NCBI RefSeq assembly: GCF_001194135.2
Contig: NC_068985.1
Location: forward strand, 69,462,952-69,526,514
Reading direction: 5' to 3'
From: Octopus bimaculoides
Lineage: Eukaryota
DNA: 63,563 nucleotides
The stretch's first letter is position 1, and each line of letters starts with the position of its first letter. The notes below the pieces were generated by a model. That model searched no databases, was not told the origin of the DNA, and saw only the letters and a program-made list of their open reading frames with translations. The position numbers were made by a program, and so were the translations under genes. Below are positions 51,869 to 63,563 of this stretch, one piece after another.

Positions 51869-53189
51869 AATTAACTGTGGACTATGATTGTGAAAATACA
51901 AAAAAAAAAAGACATACTTCTGGTTTGATTAGATTTCAAACAAGAACATTGGCTTACCAACGAGATCTTAATTCATACTTTCTCTCGGGTGGATGTCAAC
52001 ACATATACTACGAATTCAAAAACGTTGTTGGACACATTAAGTTCGAGATTGAACAACTCGGCAACACTGATTTATTCTCTTTGTCAAAGTTTAATTTTGA
52101 TAGATTCCAAAGACACAAAAATGGAAAGACAAAATGAACTACCCTCAGGAGATAACAGTTACCATCAAGACAACAGATTGATATGTCAGCAATTTTAGGA
52201 TAAAATAGGCCAACCTCATTAATAAGCTGAGGCCAGCAATTCATAACAGAAATGAGTAACGCGAGACTGTATGATTTTTGCGAAAATCACATTCTTCGCA
52301 AGCCTTGCGTTCAAAATATGATATTGTTTGTTTTATCCCTGACACTTTATTTTTGTAAGAAACTAACTTATCTTTTTAGAGGACAGCTTCGAATAATCTA
52401 TGAAAATATAAAACTTTTAGAAAAGCAAGCGTGCAAATTAATGTTGAAATTTCGATATAATTCCACAAATATATCGTAATCAAGATTGCACAGCAACAGA
52501 ATGATTCCATTCCTAGGATCTCTGTGCAGTCTGACATGACTTACCCGTCAATCATTCAGAGTGAATTCTAAAGGGATCAGTCATATGATGGACATTGCAA
52601 TCTGCCTTAAATTTATGGAGTCTTGGTTACTATTTTAGGCACAACCTATTTTGAAACTGACGATATAATAACAAGATCTTTGCGCCCACAAGAAAATTGC
52701 TTTAGTAAAGGATACCGAGTAATGAAACGCTATTAATTGGAATGCAGACATGATATATGCAATGAATTATATTTGGAACATCACTGAAACGTATATATCA
52801 ATCTTTAGTTATGAGAGCTACACTACTTACCAAAATTGTCACAAATTATGAAGCGTATATTCCTACCCTCCCAATCACTAGTTAGAACAAGACACTGAAG
52901 TACCTTTGGCTTCATAGTTGTATGATTTATTATTCGCCAAATATTGAGAAAACTACGTGAAAAAAGGGTGAATAAGTTCATGAAATATTACTGCTTATCC
53001 TAGGTACCAGATAACCCAAAATCATGTAAAAAAACGTACGGCGGCACTGTTAAGATCTTTCATTTACCAAAAAATAACCAGAGAAATGTTGCTATTGAAG
53101 GAGCAGTAACAGCGGTTCTTATTCTATAATAGCCACATGATTCGATTTGTAACTAGGATATATACATATACATATAAATATATATAGGC

Positions 53190-54965
53190 AAATCAAAAAT
53201 ATATAGGAAAAAAAAAACAGAAGTCAAAATTTCGTACACTGTGGATATGTTAACAATGTGGATAGTTTAACATAGATAAAAATGGAAAGAAAGGTGTGAC
53301 GTTTTGAGCATGGCACTTCCTCACAAAGAGGAAAGCGGCAAGGTCCTGCGAGAAACGTGTGCGTTCACATTGAGGAAGTAACTGGAATTGGAGATAGAAA
53401 GGGAATGTGGTTTTTGAAAGCAGGAGGGAGAGAAAATGGCCAGTGTGTGTGGATATATCTGTGTGCACGTGTTTGTGTTTATGACTGACATATGTGAGGG
53501 AGTGCCGGACAGGTCAATAGCATAAGTTAGATTTCATGGTGAGAAGGGAGATCACATATGTGTGTGTGTGTGTGCGTTAGTGTTACTGTGTTTTTGCGTA
53601 TGAGTGTGCGTGAGTTCATGTGTATGGGTGTGTGTGTATATGTGTGGATGTATGTTTCCGTGTGCATGTGTGCATGTGAAGTGTATATGTGTATGTGTCT
53701 ATGTCTCCTTGAGTGTGTGTATGTGTGTGCGGATGTGAGGTGTATATATGAGTGTATGTATGTTTGTGTATATGTGCGGGTGAAGGGATTTTTATAAATT
53801 CCAAGATATGTAAACATGTGTGCGTGTGTGTGTGTGCGTTCTGATTTATGTTTTATGTGAGGAGGGTGAGTTATGTACATGGGTGTGAGGAAATGTGTGG
53901 AAGATGAGTAAAATACTTTTAAACTATCTAATTAAAAAATTAATATTATCATTAACATTAAATTTTAAAAATTTGAAGATGTTGAGAAATTAAAATTAAA
54001 TAAATTTAAATTAAATGGAATTTAAAAAAACAGTATTGAAGCCGTTACCGGAAGGTATACTAACGGTATATGGGTTCGGTGAGAGGTGATATAGTGCAGG
54101 TCAAGGCGAAATCTAGTGGATTTGGATCCGTGCAATTTCAACCAGAAGACATTGAGGTGTTCGGTGAAGTTGCTGTGAGACGGAGGTATTTTATGCAGGC
54201 CAATATCCTGTTCAGCAAGTGGGCCGGCTAGCCGACAGCCCGCCTAACATATACAGTGTCGCAAAGAATGCATTGAATGCAATAGATAATTCTGGGAGAG
54301 ATGCAAGCGAGAGTGTCCCGGATCGTGTGTTGCTTGGTTCCAGTGACGAGTTGTTACTTGGTTTCAGTGTTGGTTATGAACCGACAGGTGTGGCCACAAG
54401 ATCTGGAACACGGAACAGATCCAGGATGTACAGGGGTGGAGGAGTAGAGGAGCTAATTCCCAGTACGTTGGGTAGTTTACTCGTACGTTTGAAGGAGAGC
54501 AAGGGTGGTATAGGTTATGGAAAACATGGATGGGTTGAATCGGATTGGAGACGCCGGAAGGCCAATAGGATTTTCAAGCAAAGGAGTAGAGGGGTGGAAA
54601 AGGATTAGGAAGTGGGAGACAGGTGTGGTGAAGGTTAAAGGGCAGAAGTACGATCAACTGGAATGGCATGGATGAAGGCGGCCTGGACAAGGATGTGGGG
54701 TGTGTCTGCGAATTGTGAACGGGAGTGCTGGGTATTGAGACTGAGTCTCAAAATCTTGGTCGCGGCTAGAGAGACGTCGGTGACGTTGAAATTGGGAATA
54801 TGGGTGTAGGGATGGCCAGTTCGGTGTGGGAGGTGTGGAGAATAAAAATTTGAATTGGGAGTGGGTGTCTGTAGGTTTGAAGAAAGCAACACTGGTGAGA
54901 GAGTGAGCGAAGAGGTCAATTGAGAAAGAAATGTCAAACAAAAATATTATTAATCGGGACTTCGA
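53190..54965 (-). mobile_element. Second Neptune-type Penelope-like element (RT C-terminus, GIY-YIG, CA-rich spacer, tail)
   Basis: FDISFSI..LTSVAFFKPTDTHS, PYSQFQRHRRLSS.DQDF, VDRTSAL, PGSVPCSRSCGHTC and IIYCIQCILCDTVYV. The tail GTGAGGAAGTGCCATGCTCAAAACGT...GTTAAACTA is homologous to 30368-30425. Confidence 0.88.
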
Positions 54966-56384
54966 AATTTCAGCCCGTAATATCACAGTCGAAATGTGAT
55001 GCATTGAAATATATCTTGGCTTTACATAGTCTCTTTTCAGTTAAAAATCTTCATTTAGTATGTGGGCTTCAGTGGAGTAGTACTTAGTTAGTGATACACA
55101 GGTGTTTCGGAGAAATATTTGTCATTATATCAGTAGAGGAAATTTTGCTTGCTACAGACAAGGATGATTATTTACTTCTTAATAGCACCTAATCGATCCT
55201 ATGTTATCGTTATTACAAGTATTTAAATAAACTCCACTAACTCATAAAGGAAATATATATATAGCTATAGTGCCGAAGTTTGATATCTAATATTGCAGCG
55301 GCAGTCTCACTGGTAATTTACTGATGCGTTTTTGACTGTAGCGATATGAAATAGATGTAGCAGTGTGGCGCTAGTGTCGTGACGTGTCGATAGTTATTGG
55401 TATGTAGGGATTACCTGTAATATTGTGATAGTAACTGTAATAAGGTTGTGACCACTGTACTATTCTGGTGTTACATGTAGCTGTATCCATGTGATAGTGG
55501 AAACATATTTGTAGCCATAACGCGAACCAACAATGCATTTTAGTATGGTGCTTAGTTATATATATTCTATTACATAGTTATATATATATTATTCACTGTT
55601 CTCAATGTTCGTTAACTTGCGTTTGATTTTTCAAATATTTTATTGATCAGCGTCGTTTATATTTACAAGCGTACAACAATGACTTTCGACAAATATAATC
55701 GTTTGGAATGCTTTGCAATGCAGACTTCTATATACGTTTCTGAAGACATTAGAAAGATTTTATTTATTGAGCATTATTCGACACAACATGCTGAGACAGA
55801 TACCTTCTGCATAACTGTATTGCGTAACAAAATTAGAAATGAGGGAGAGACCATGCTCTCGAGACAAGGCACATTGATTCCTGTCGATGGTTGGGTGGCT
55901 CTCTGGCCTCCGATTGAAATTACCAGCTTTTATAGGCGTTAGTGAAACTTCGGAAATATTTGGCTAGACTGTTTGGTGGGAAATCTCGTGCGTTTCTTTG
56001 AATTTTGCAGCATAAAAGAAAATACGATAGCCAGTTGAATACGATTTACGTATGCGTTAATAACTTATCAAGACGAAACTTTCGATATTATGTGATACCG
56101 GACTGTTTGACTCTGAACATCATGAATCAAAACTCAGCAGCAGTTTCATAACAGAGTGAAATGGCACGGTATTGTAAGGCCTTTGCGGTGTGATGGTGAT
56201 CGGTATTAGAAAGTGTGGCTGTAGTAGGATTCGACATAGTGTTATGGCATTTTCATGATTAAAATCGCTGTTTATTATATTGAACGACAATCAACTTATC
56301 ATATCATTCTCCCATTCTTGAAGTTTCCCTGGCTGTGTCCATTTCCATATGAACTCTAACTGTGATATCAATTTGAGGATAATA

Positions 56385-56460
56385 TATCTCTCTCTTTCAT
56401 TACTCTCTCTCTCTCTCTCTTTCATTACTCTCTCTCTCTCTCTCTTTCATTACTCTCTCA
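56385..56460. repeat. Compound minisatellite [(TC)n-TTTCATTAC] x3
   Basis: Read directly. Confidence 0.9.
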
Positions 56461-57257
56461 CCTCGTTATATGAAAGCATGATATCAGTTCATCAACTTCA
56501 CAATAACACATCTAGTAGGAAATTGTGATATAGGTTCATCATACATACAAAACACTCTAGAGAAATTCAGCAGGTATCCTCTTCTATGGCCATAAATAAA
56601 CTGGATATATATATATTTTATTTTAATTTGACATCGTAAGCAAATATAATGGAGAGGCAACAGTCCACCAATCCTGTTTGTCACTTTTGACATTTACCTC
56701 GATTGTTAATAAAATAGATTGTTATTCATTACACGACTAAATAATTTCTTGGTAAATAGTGACCGCATCCCATTTTCTCCCTTTCATGCAATCAAACTAT
56801 CTTATATTTTGGGTAAGTTAGACATTCTGCTGGTGATACGTTTCTTATTATACTTGCTTCTCTTAAAGCGAAAGCGGACTAAATCTGTGGCGCAGCGCAC
56901 AGAGTACTTAACTCCAACTCATCTGGTTCTTTGCATTCTGAGTTCCATTTGAAACGATTATACTAGTTTAACTTAATGCTACAGCACTACGACATATTGA
57001 TATTATTCCTATTTATATTACTTTAAGAAAGCATAGATATATATGTATACATAATTATTGGGCAGGATGACAAACACACGGAAAATTAAGTAGATTTAGG
57101 TACGACAAATATTTAAGTATTTAAGAAGACCGGCTCAAAAAACTGGATATAGAAAACGAAATGGTGAATGAGAGGCTCAGAGTAGTGACGAACAGAACAC
57201 TCAGATTTGAATACAGGAATATTCTACCAATATACATATATACATATATATATATAT

Positions 57258-57288
<31 letters not shown>

Positions 57289-57924
57289 NNNNNNNNNNNN
57301 NNNNNNNNNNNNNNNNNNNNNNNNNNNNNNNNNNNNNNNNNNNNNNNNNNNNNNNNNNNNNNNNNNNNNNNNNNNNNNNNNNNNNNNNNNNNNNNNNNNN
57401 NNNNNNNNNNNNNNNNNNNNNNNNNNNNNNNNNNNNNNNNNNNNNNNNNNNNNNNNNNNNNNNNNNNNNNNNNNNNNNNNNNNNNNNNNNNNNNNNNNNN
57501 NNNNNNNNNNNNNNNNNNNNNNNNNNNNNNNNNNNNNNNNNNNNNNNNNNNNNNNNNNNNNNNNNNNNNNNNNNNNNNNNNNNNNNNNNNNNNNNNNNNN
57601 NNNNNNNNNNNNNNNNNNNNNNNNNNNNNNNNNNNNNNNNNNNNNNNNNNNNNNNNNNNNNNNNNNNNNNNNNNNNNNNNNNNNNNNNNNNNNNNNNNNN
57701 NNNNNNNNNNNNNNNNNNNNNNNNNNNNNNNNNNNNNNNNNNNNNNNNNNNNNNNNNNNNNNNNNNNNNNNNNNNNNNNNNNNNNNNNNNNNNNNNNNNN
57801 NNNNNNNNNNNNNNNNNNNNNNNNNNNNNNNNNNNNNNNNNNNNNNNNNNNNNNNNNNNNNNNNNNNNNNNNNNNNNNNNNNNNNNNNNNNNNNNNNNNN
57901 NNNNNNNNNNNNNNNNNNNNNNNN

Positions 57925-57978
<54 letters not shown>

Positions 57979-58760
57979 AGTAGGTATGTTTGTATATATG
58001 TATGTGTGAATGTATGTATGTATGCATATATGTATGTGTGAATGCATGTATGTACGTATGTATATATGTATGTATGTATCGGGAAGTGGTTGAGTGGGTG
58101 GGCGTATATGATACTTATACCCTTTTATATGTGAGAAATTGTTATGTTACTCTATACAGAAGCCTGCGCGATATGTATATATGTGCATCAAAATTGCGTT
58201 ACATGTATATTATACTATGCTTATATGCGTTTGTAGTTGTGCTAGAAAGCCATTAAAGAGGTAGAAGAATTAATTTTTTTCTTACTTTAACAGAATCCTT
58301 CATTTCATTCCTCCATTTTTCCATTGAAAACTTTTTAACTAAAGGTTTTTTCTTGAAAGTTTTCCAGCCTCTCTGATTTCAACATGAAGATATAAGAAAC
58401 AATCAAATGAAATCTATTTACTCTGTTGTCTATTAGGATCGTTCTTCTCAAAAACATTTTTCTTCATCAATTACTTCACAATGATGATCGACGTATTCTA
58501 TTTTATCTGACATTTTCCAGTTTACGTTGTATTTCCTTTTTAATATACAAATCTAAATAAAAGCAAAAGTTTAGAAATTCCATTAGTATAAACACTCCCT
58601 CCTGGACATGTGGTTAGGCGCACAACACACTGTGCAAATATGTGCAGACGTGTGAGAGTGCGCGTTGGTATTTGTCTGTTTTAATGTACATATCATATAT
58701 GTACATGTATAGGTAAATACATACTTACTCATACACACCTATACCTACACATACATACAT

Positions 58761-58825
<65 letters not shown>

Positions 58826-59467
58826 TATGCATATAGTTATTGACATACATCGATAAGGTGAATATTAAGTAATGCGCCTTTCAGAAAATTAGTCACTTTA
58901 TTCTTTAATATATAGATTCTTTATAAGCTTAAATATTTGGAATATCTTTCATGATTTGCTGCTTTACAAATACAAATATAAATCTTATTTAAAGAGATTT
59001 AGAAAGCAGAGTTTGGCAATATTAATTGCGCACGCACTCTAATTTTGCAACATAATCAAAAGAAATGCGTGAAGTAATATCATAAAAAAAATTGTAATGT
59101 AACACAGCAAGAATTATTCTCTTCAGTTAGGCCTGTTTTGTTAAAGAAAGTAAAAGATGATATATTAGATGCCGTATGTAAATATGACGAGAACATTAAC
59201 TGAAATTCAGCTTTGAAAAAATCGAAATCAGAAGTTAGCAGCGTTTGTTAGAAATTCTGAAAGCAAACAATTGACGATTTAAAAATATTAAGAATGAATC
59301 TGTTATAGTTATTTTAGTTTCCAAGGGAAAATTCAACACTTCTCTTTTTGGAGGTAGGGGGGGGCTCGGTATATGACAACTATGCACACATTTTTGTCTA
59401 TAAAGCATCCTCACAATGTATGCTGACCTTCATAGAAAATATTCTTTTCTGCTCTAGGCACAAGAGG

Positions 59468-59636
59468 GAGTGGGGGGGGGAGCAGTCGATTAGATCGACC
59501 CCAGTAGGCAACTGGTTCTTACTTTATCAACCCCGAAAGGATGAAAGGCAAAGTCGACCTCGGCGGAATTTGAACTGAGAACGTAAAGACAGACGAAATG
59601 CCGCTAGGCGTGCTAACATTTCTACCAGCTCGCCAG
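59468..59636 (-). mobile_element. tRNA-derived SINE (second family), well preserved
   Basis: The minus strand GGCGAGCTGGTAGAAATGTTAGCACGCC...AGTTCAAATTCC (B-box)...GGTCGACTTTGCCTTTCATCCTTTCGGGGTTGATAAAG. Confidence 0.85.
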
Positions 59637-62600
59637 TTCATAGAACATATTGTTCATGGAACATTCTAAATATGTTTAAGGAATTACGAAACTTTTGGCC
59701 GTAACAATAGCATTTCGAAACAGAAAATAGAAATGACTAAGAAATTGCTAGCGTATACCTTAGAAGCAGGGTGGTTATTTTCAAATATTAATCTCCAAAC
59801 TAAGGAAAATGCAAAACTTTCTTATTTCGTTGCTCCTATATCCTAGCAAAATTAACTTAAACTATAGCCTTAGATTCATTAATGCCCTTTACGTGAAATT
59901 TCTCAGATAGAAGTATACTTTTGCTACAGCATTTGTGTGTGGGGAAAATTTGTGTTTGGGGGAAATGTGTGTGGGGAAAAATTTGTATGTGCATGTTTGT
60001 GTGTGTGGTTCCGTATGCGTGTATGGGTTAGCATGTGCTTGCGCGCGCGTGTCTACGTTTCACGGAAATTGTATTTATCCCATTCATCCACCCGTAATAC
60101 AAAGTAACTCCCTCGTCAATCTGGCCGTCATAAAACCAATAAACCAGTGAGAAACTTAGCGTTTATGGCACTATTATGGAAATACTTGAAATATGTGATC
60201 AATATTTTTATGCACTTTGTACAGCAAATTCTAAGCGCTCTCTACATCTAAAGGATATTAATTAGTTGTGCATTGTTTGATTTTTCTTCTTTCGCTTTCT
60301 GGTGGTAGAATTCCTTTGTATACATGTGAATATAATAGTAATACATATCCTAGTTTTGGAAGTATGTGTCATTTTCTACAATATTTCACACAACATATAC
60401 CAAAGCATATACCAAAAAACTTGTAGTGTCCGTACTTTTTAAAATGATTACATGGATAGCTCCACTAGGTTTCACGCAATGTTGAGGTTTGTATTTAAAT
60501 ATATAAATATGAAACTAATTGTCTTCTAGTTGATAAGTTTTGGATATAAAATGTATGAAATCTTTCATAAATCAAAGAAGAGCATCAAAACACCAGTAGC
60601 GTGTTACTCAAAAGCAGATCACATTTTTTAGACATATTTTGTTACACCATCTCTTCATTGTCTAAGTTCAAATCCTTTGCAATCTCTTGGCAGAATGCAA
60701 TGTGCGGGGGCTGGATACCATTAAGTATACTCCTATTACTTAATATATTTCTTGGAATCCTCCCCCCCCCCATCATCATCATCATCATCATCATCTTCTT
60801 CTTCTTCTTCATCATCTGTTGCAATCGTTCACATAAATAGTAGCAACAAAATTTTCATTGCAATCGCTTCTCATTACTACTCCAGCACCGCTAATAGCTC
60901 TATCTTTACTCCCATACCTCGAAAACCTACAGGAACTACAATGAAATGAAACCAATAAGAAATCCACAACAACAATAATCAACACTATGCTTATATTAAT
61001 ACTGTCAAACTTGAGGTTTCTTCATGCCAAAACTATGTTTCACGGCTCTGCCTGGTTACATTTGGCACGGCTGCAATTTTGCATATAACTGGAACGAGCT
61101 GCATCAATTACCAGAGCTCATACAGGCATACAAGCCTGCATGCATGCATGCACCATTTAGGGTTGTGAGTGACCTCCAGCTAATCAGTGATCATGTCTTT
61201 ATTAGTTTTGAAACTGATTTATGTAGAAAAAGACTAGCTCGAGGCGATGTTCTGGCATATGTTCAATACAACAGTGTCACTAATTAGCATTAACAAACGA
61301 TTCTTTAGTACAAAAGCTATATTTGATCACAGAAAGAGAACATAAAAGCATCTAAGTTCTCATCAATTTCAAATTAGTTTAGCAGCTGACAAGTTAGCTT
61401 CGGTCGTAAAAACAATGAATTTGCTGATTTAAGAGTTGTTCTGAATATACTTATTTTATGTCTTCAACAAATGAACAACGACGAGGCTGTGAGATGGTGG
61501 AAAGTGCCTATGATAAAAAACATTATTAAAAAGTCAACATTCCAAATTATATTTATATTTAAATAACTCCTCACACACATATATACATAAACGCACACGC
61601 ACACACACACAGATATATATATATATTTCTGTATATATATATATATATATATNNNNNNNNNNNNNNNNNNNNNNNNNNNNNNNNNNNNNNNNNNNNNNNN
61701 NNNNNNNNNNNNNNNNNNNNNNNNNNNNNNNNNNNNNNNNNNNNNNNNNNNNNNNNATATATATTATATATATATATATATAGATAGATATATATATATA
61801 TACACGTACAGTGTAGTCATTTTAGTCATGTAGTTAAACTTAGCTAATGGAATGATATGTGTTTTTGTGTGTAAGAAGACAAATAGCATAATGAACAATA
61901 CAGTTGAATTTTTGTAGCATACGGAGTTGAAAATATACGTTTTATAAAGTTCTGTTTGAAAGTGTTTGTTGGAATTTGGTGGATGCATTCATCCATCACT
62001 TCATTCTGTGTTATTCTCGCATTTTCTTGAAATATTCACCAGCTCATCTATCCTTCACTCAATAGTTCCTAGCCCTTGCCTAATTACTCAGAATGACTTT
62101 AGTATGATGACTATACAATGTTTTCCGAATGCATTTTGTATTATAAAATCTTCATTCTACTAGCACCAGTAACTAGAGACAGAGTCCGGTTCTACTGGTT
62201 TCCTTACCTTCTTTTTTTATTTCATTTCAAATATTTCTCTTTTGATGGTTATATATTTCTGCACTTCGACTGTTTCATAGTAATTTTCCGCTTGCTTTAG
62301 GCAGTGTCCTCTCGTATTTTTTGCCTTCTTCCTAAATTTCGTCCCCAAAATTAATATTTTCCGTTTTTAATTAGTTAAATCGCAATTGTTCAATACTCGC
62401 CAAAAATGACACACATCAATTATTATCATTATTACATTCATGTGTGTGTTTGTGTGTGTGTGTGTGTCCGCGTGTGTGTGTGTGTGGATATATGTACATA
62501 TTACGTGTATGAGTCAGATATAACAAACTACTGTAAATCGTTGTTAAATATCCGCTTAAGTGGGGTCGAGAGCAAGTAATTTGTCCTGACGTCCAGTCGC

Positions 62601-62783
62601 ATTATTTGTATTAATGAAGTCAAACCGAATACTGATATTTTAAAATAATTTAACCTTACGTTTCAGATTTACGTAACTTACGACAAATGCAGCTATCGCG
62701 TAAACCTTCACCAGTTAAAGATTTGAAATGAGTGTACATTTATACATACATACATACCTACATACATACACACACACACGCAC

Positions 62784-62784
<1 letters not shown>

Positions 62785-62858
<74 letters not shown>

Positions 62859-62880
62859 TAATAATAACGATAATGATAAT
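62785..62880. repeat. (AAT)n microsatellite
   Basis: Read directly. Confidence 0.98.
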
Positions 62881-63563
62881 GCAAATGATATATGAGCATA
62901 TGCATGTATACATACATATATCTACATACCTACATCTAAATGTATATATTGCTGCATATCCGTGTACAAGACGTCAAAAAACGTGGACAAAAAAGGAACG
63001 GGAACATAAACAAAGCACAAAAAAACAGATTTTTTTTACGGACAACAGAATGAAAACATAGGAAAACAAACAATCCACTTATGGAACTTTTCCTTCATCT
63101 GCTGCCTCTATTCTAAACTAGGCTTTCGAAGATGGGGGAGAGAACGCGTTCTTAGAATAGCTCTTCCCGCGAAGCGGATTAACCTGCTAAGCGGATGATT
63201 CCAAAGTAGCAAACAAAAATCAAGACAGGAAAAATTAAACAGTGAAAACAGCGTTATGGGCCGTTAAGCCGAACGAGATGAGATACTGAACGCTGTGATG
63301 TGACGAACTTGAGCAGAGAGAGCTAACAGTTCCGTCTTGCCTTTATGCTAGCCGAAAGAAGAGAGGAAGATGTGACAACAGGTGACGTGTGATCAACGAG
63401 GAGTGGTAGAGAGAGGAAAAGGGAGGCCGTTGAACAAAGGTGAGTGACGAGAGACTGGGCGGAAAAAGTAAGAGAGAGATACGTATAGTAGTGAAGGGGA
63501 GAAGCAAGGACAACAGAAGGAAGCAGAATGAGAGGGGGAGATAGAAAGATATATATATATATA

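Noticed and set aside
51508-51901. Poly-His/Leu and poly-Glu/Asp ORFs
   Set aside because: Entirely (CAT)n/(CTT)n microsatellite with no unique coding flanks.

Overview
AT-rich animal genomic DNA from a short-read-type assembly, with about 11 N-gaps that mostly sit in (TA)n or other microsatellites. The SINE families and microsatellite load look like octopus/cephalopod DNA; this is recognition from memory, not a search. No complete protein-coding gene, rRNA, tRNA gene or CRISPR array is recognisable, and most ORFs in the supplied track are microsatellite or gap artefacts. The window is mainly decayed transposons: Penelope-like elements of two types, four Dong/R4-like RLE LINE fragments, two Helitrons, a Ty3/Gypsy gag-protease remnant, mariner, probable piggyBac, hAT and Chapaev3-like fragments, many tRNA-derived SINEs and a foldback structure. 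The best leads are hammerhead-ribozyme-like cores in retroelement tails, two inverted-repeat structures tied to Penelope 3' ends, and two clusters of phase-compatible candidate exons (147-1337 plus, 20245-21175 minus) with no recognised homology. All family calls come from manual translation and motif recall; coordinates of decayed elements are approximate.
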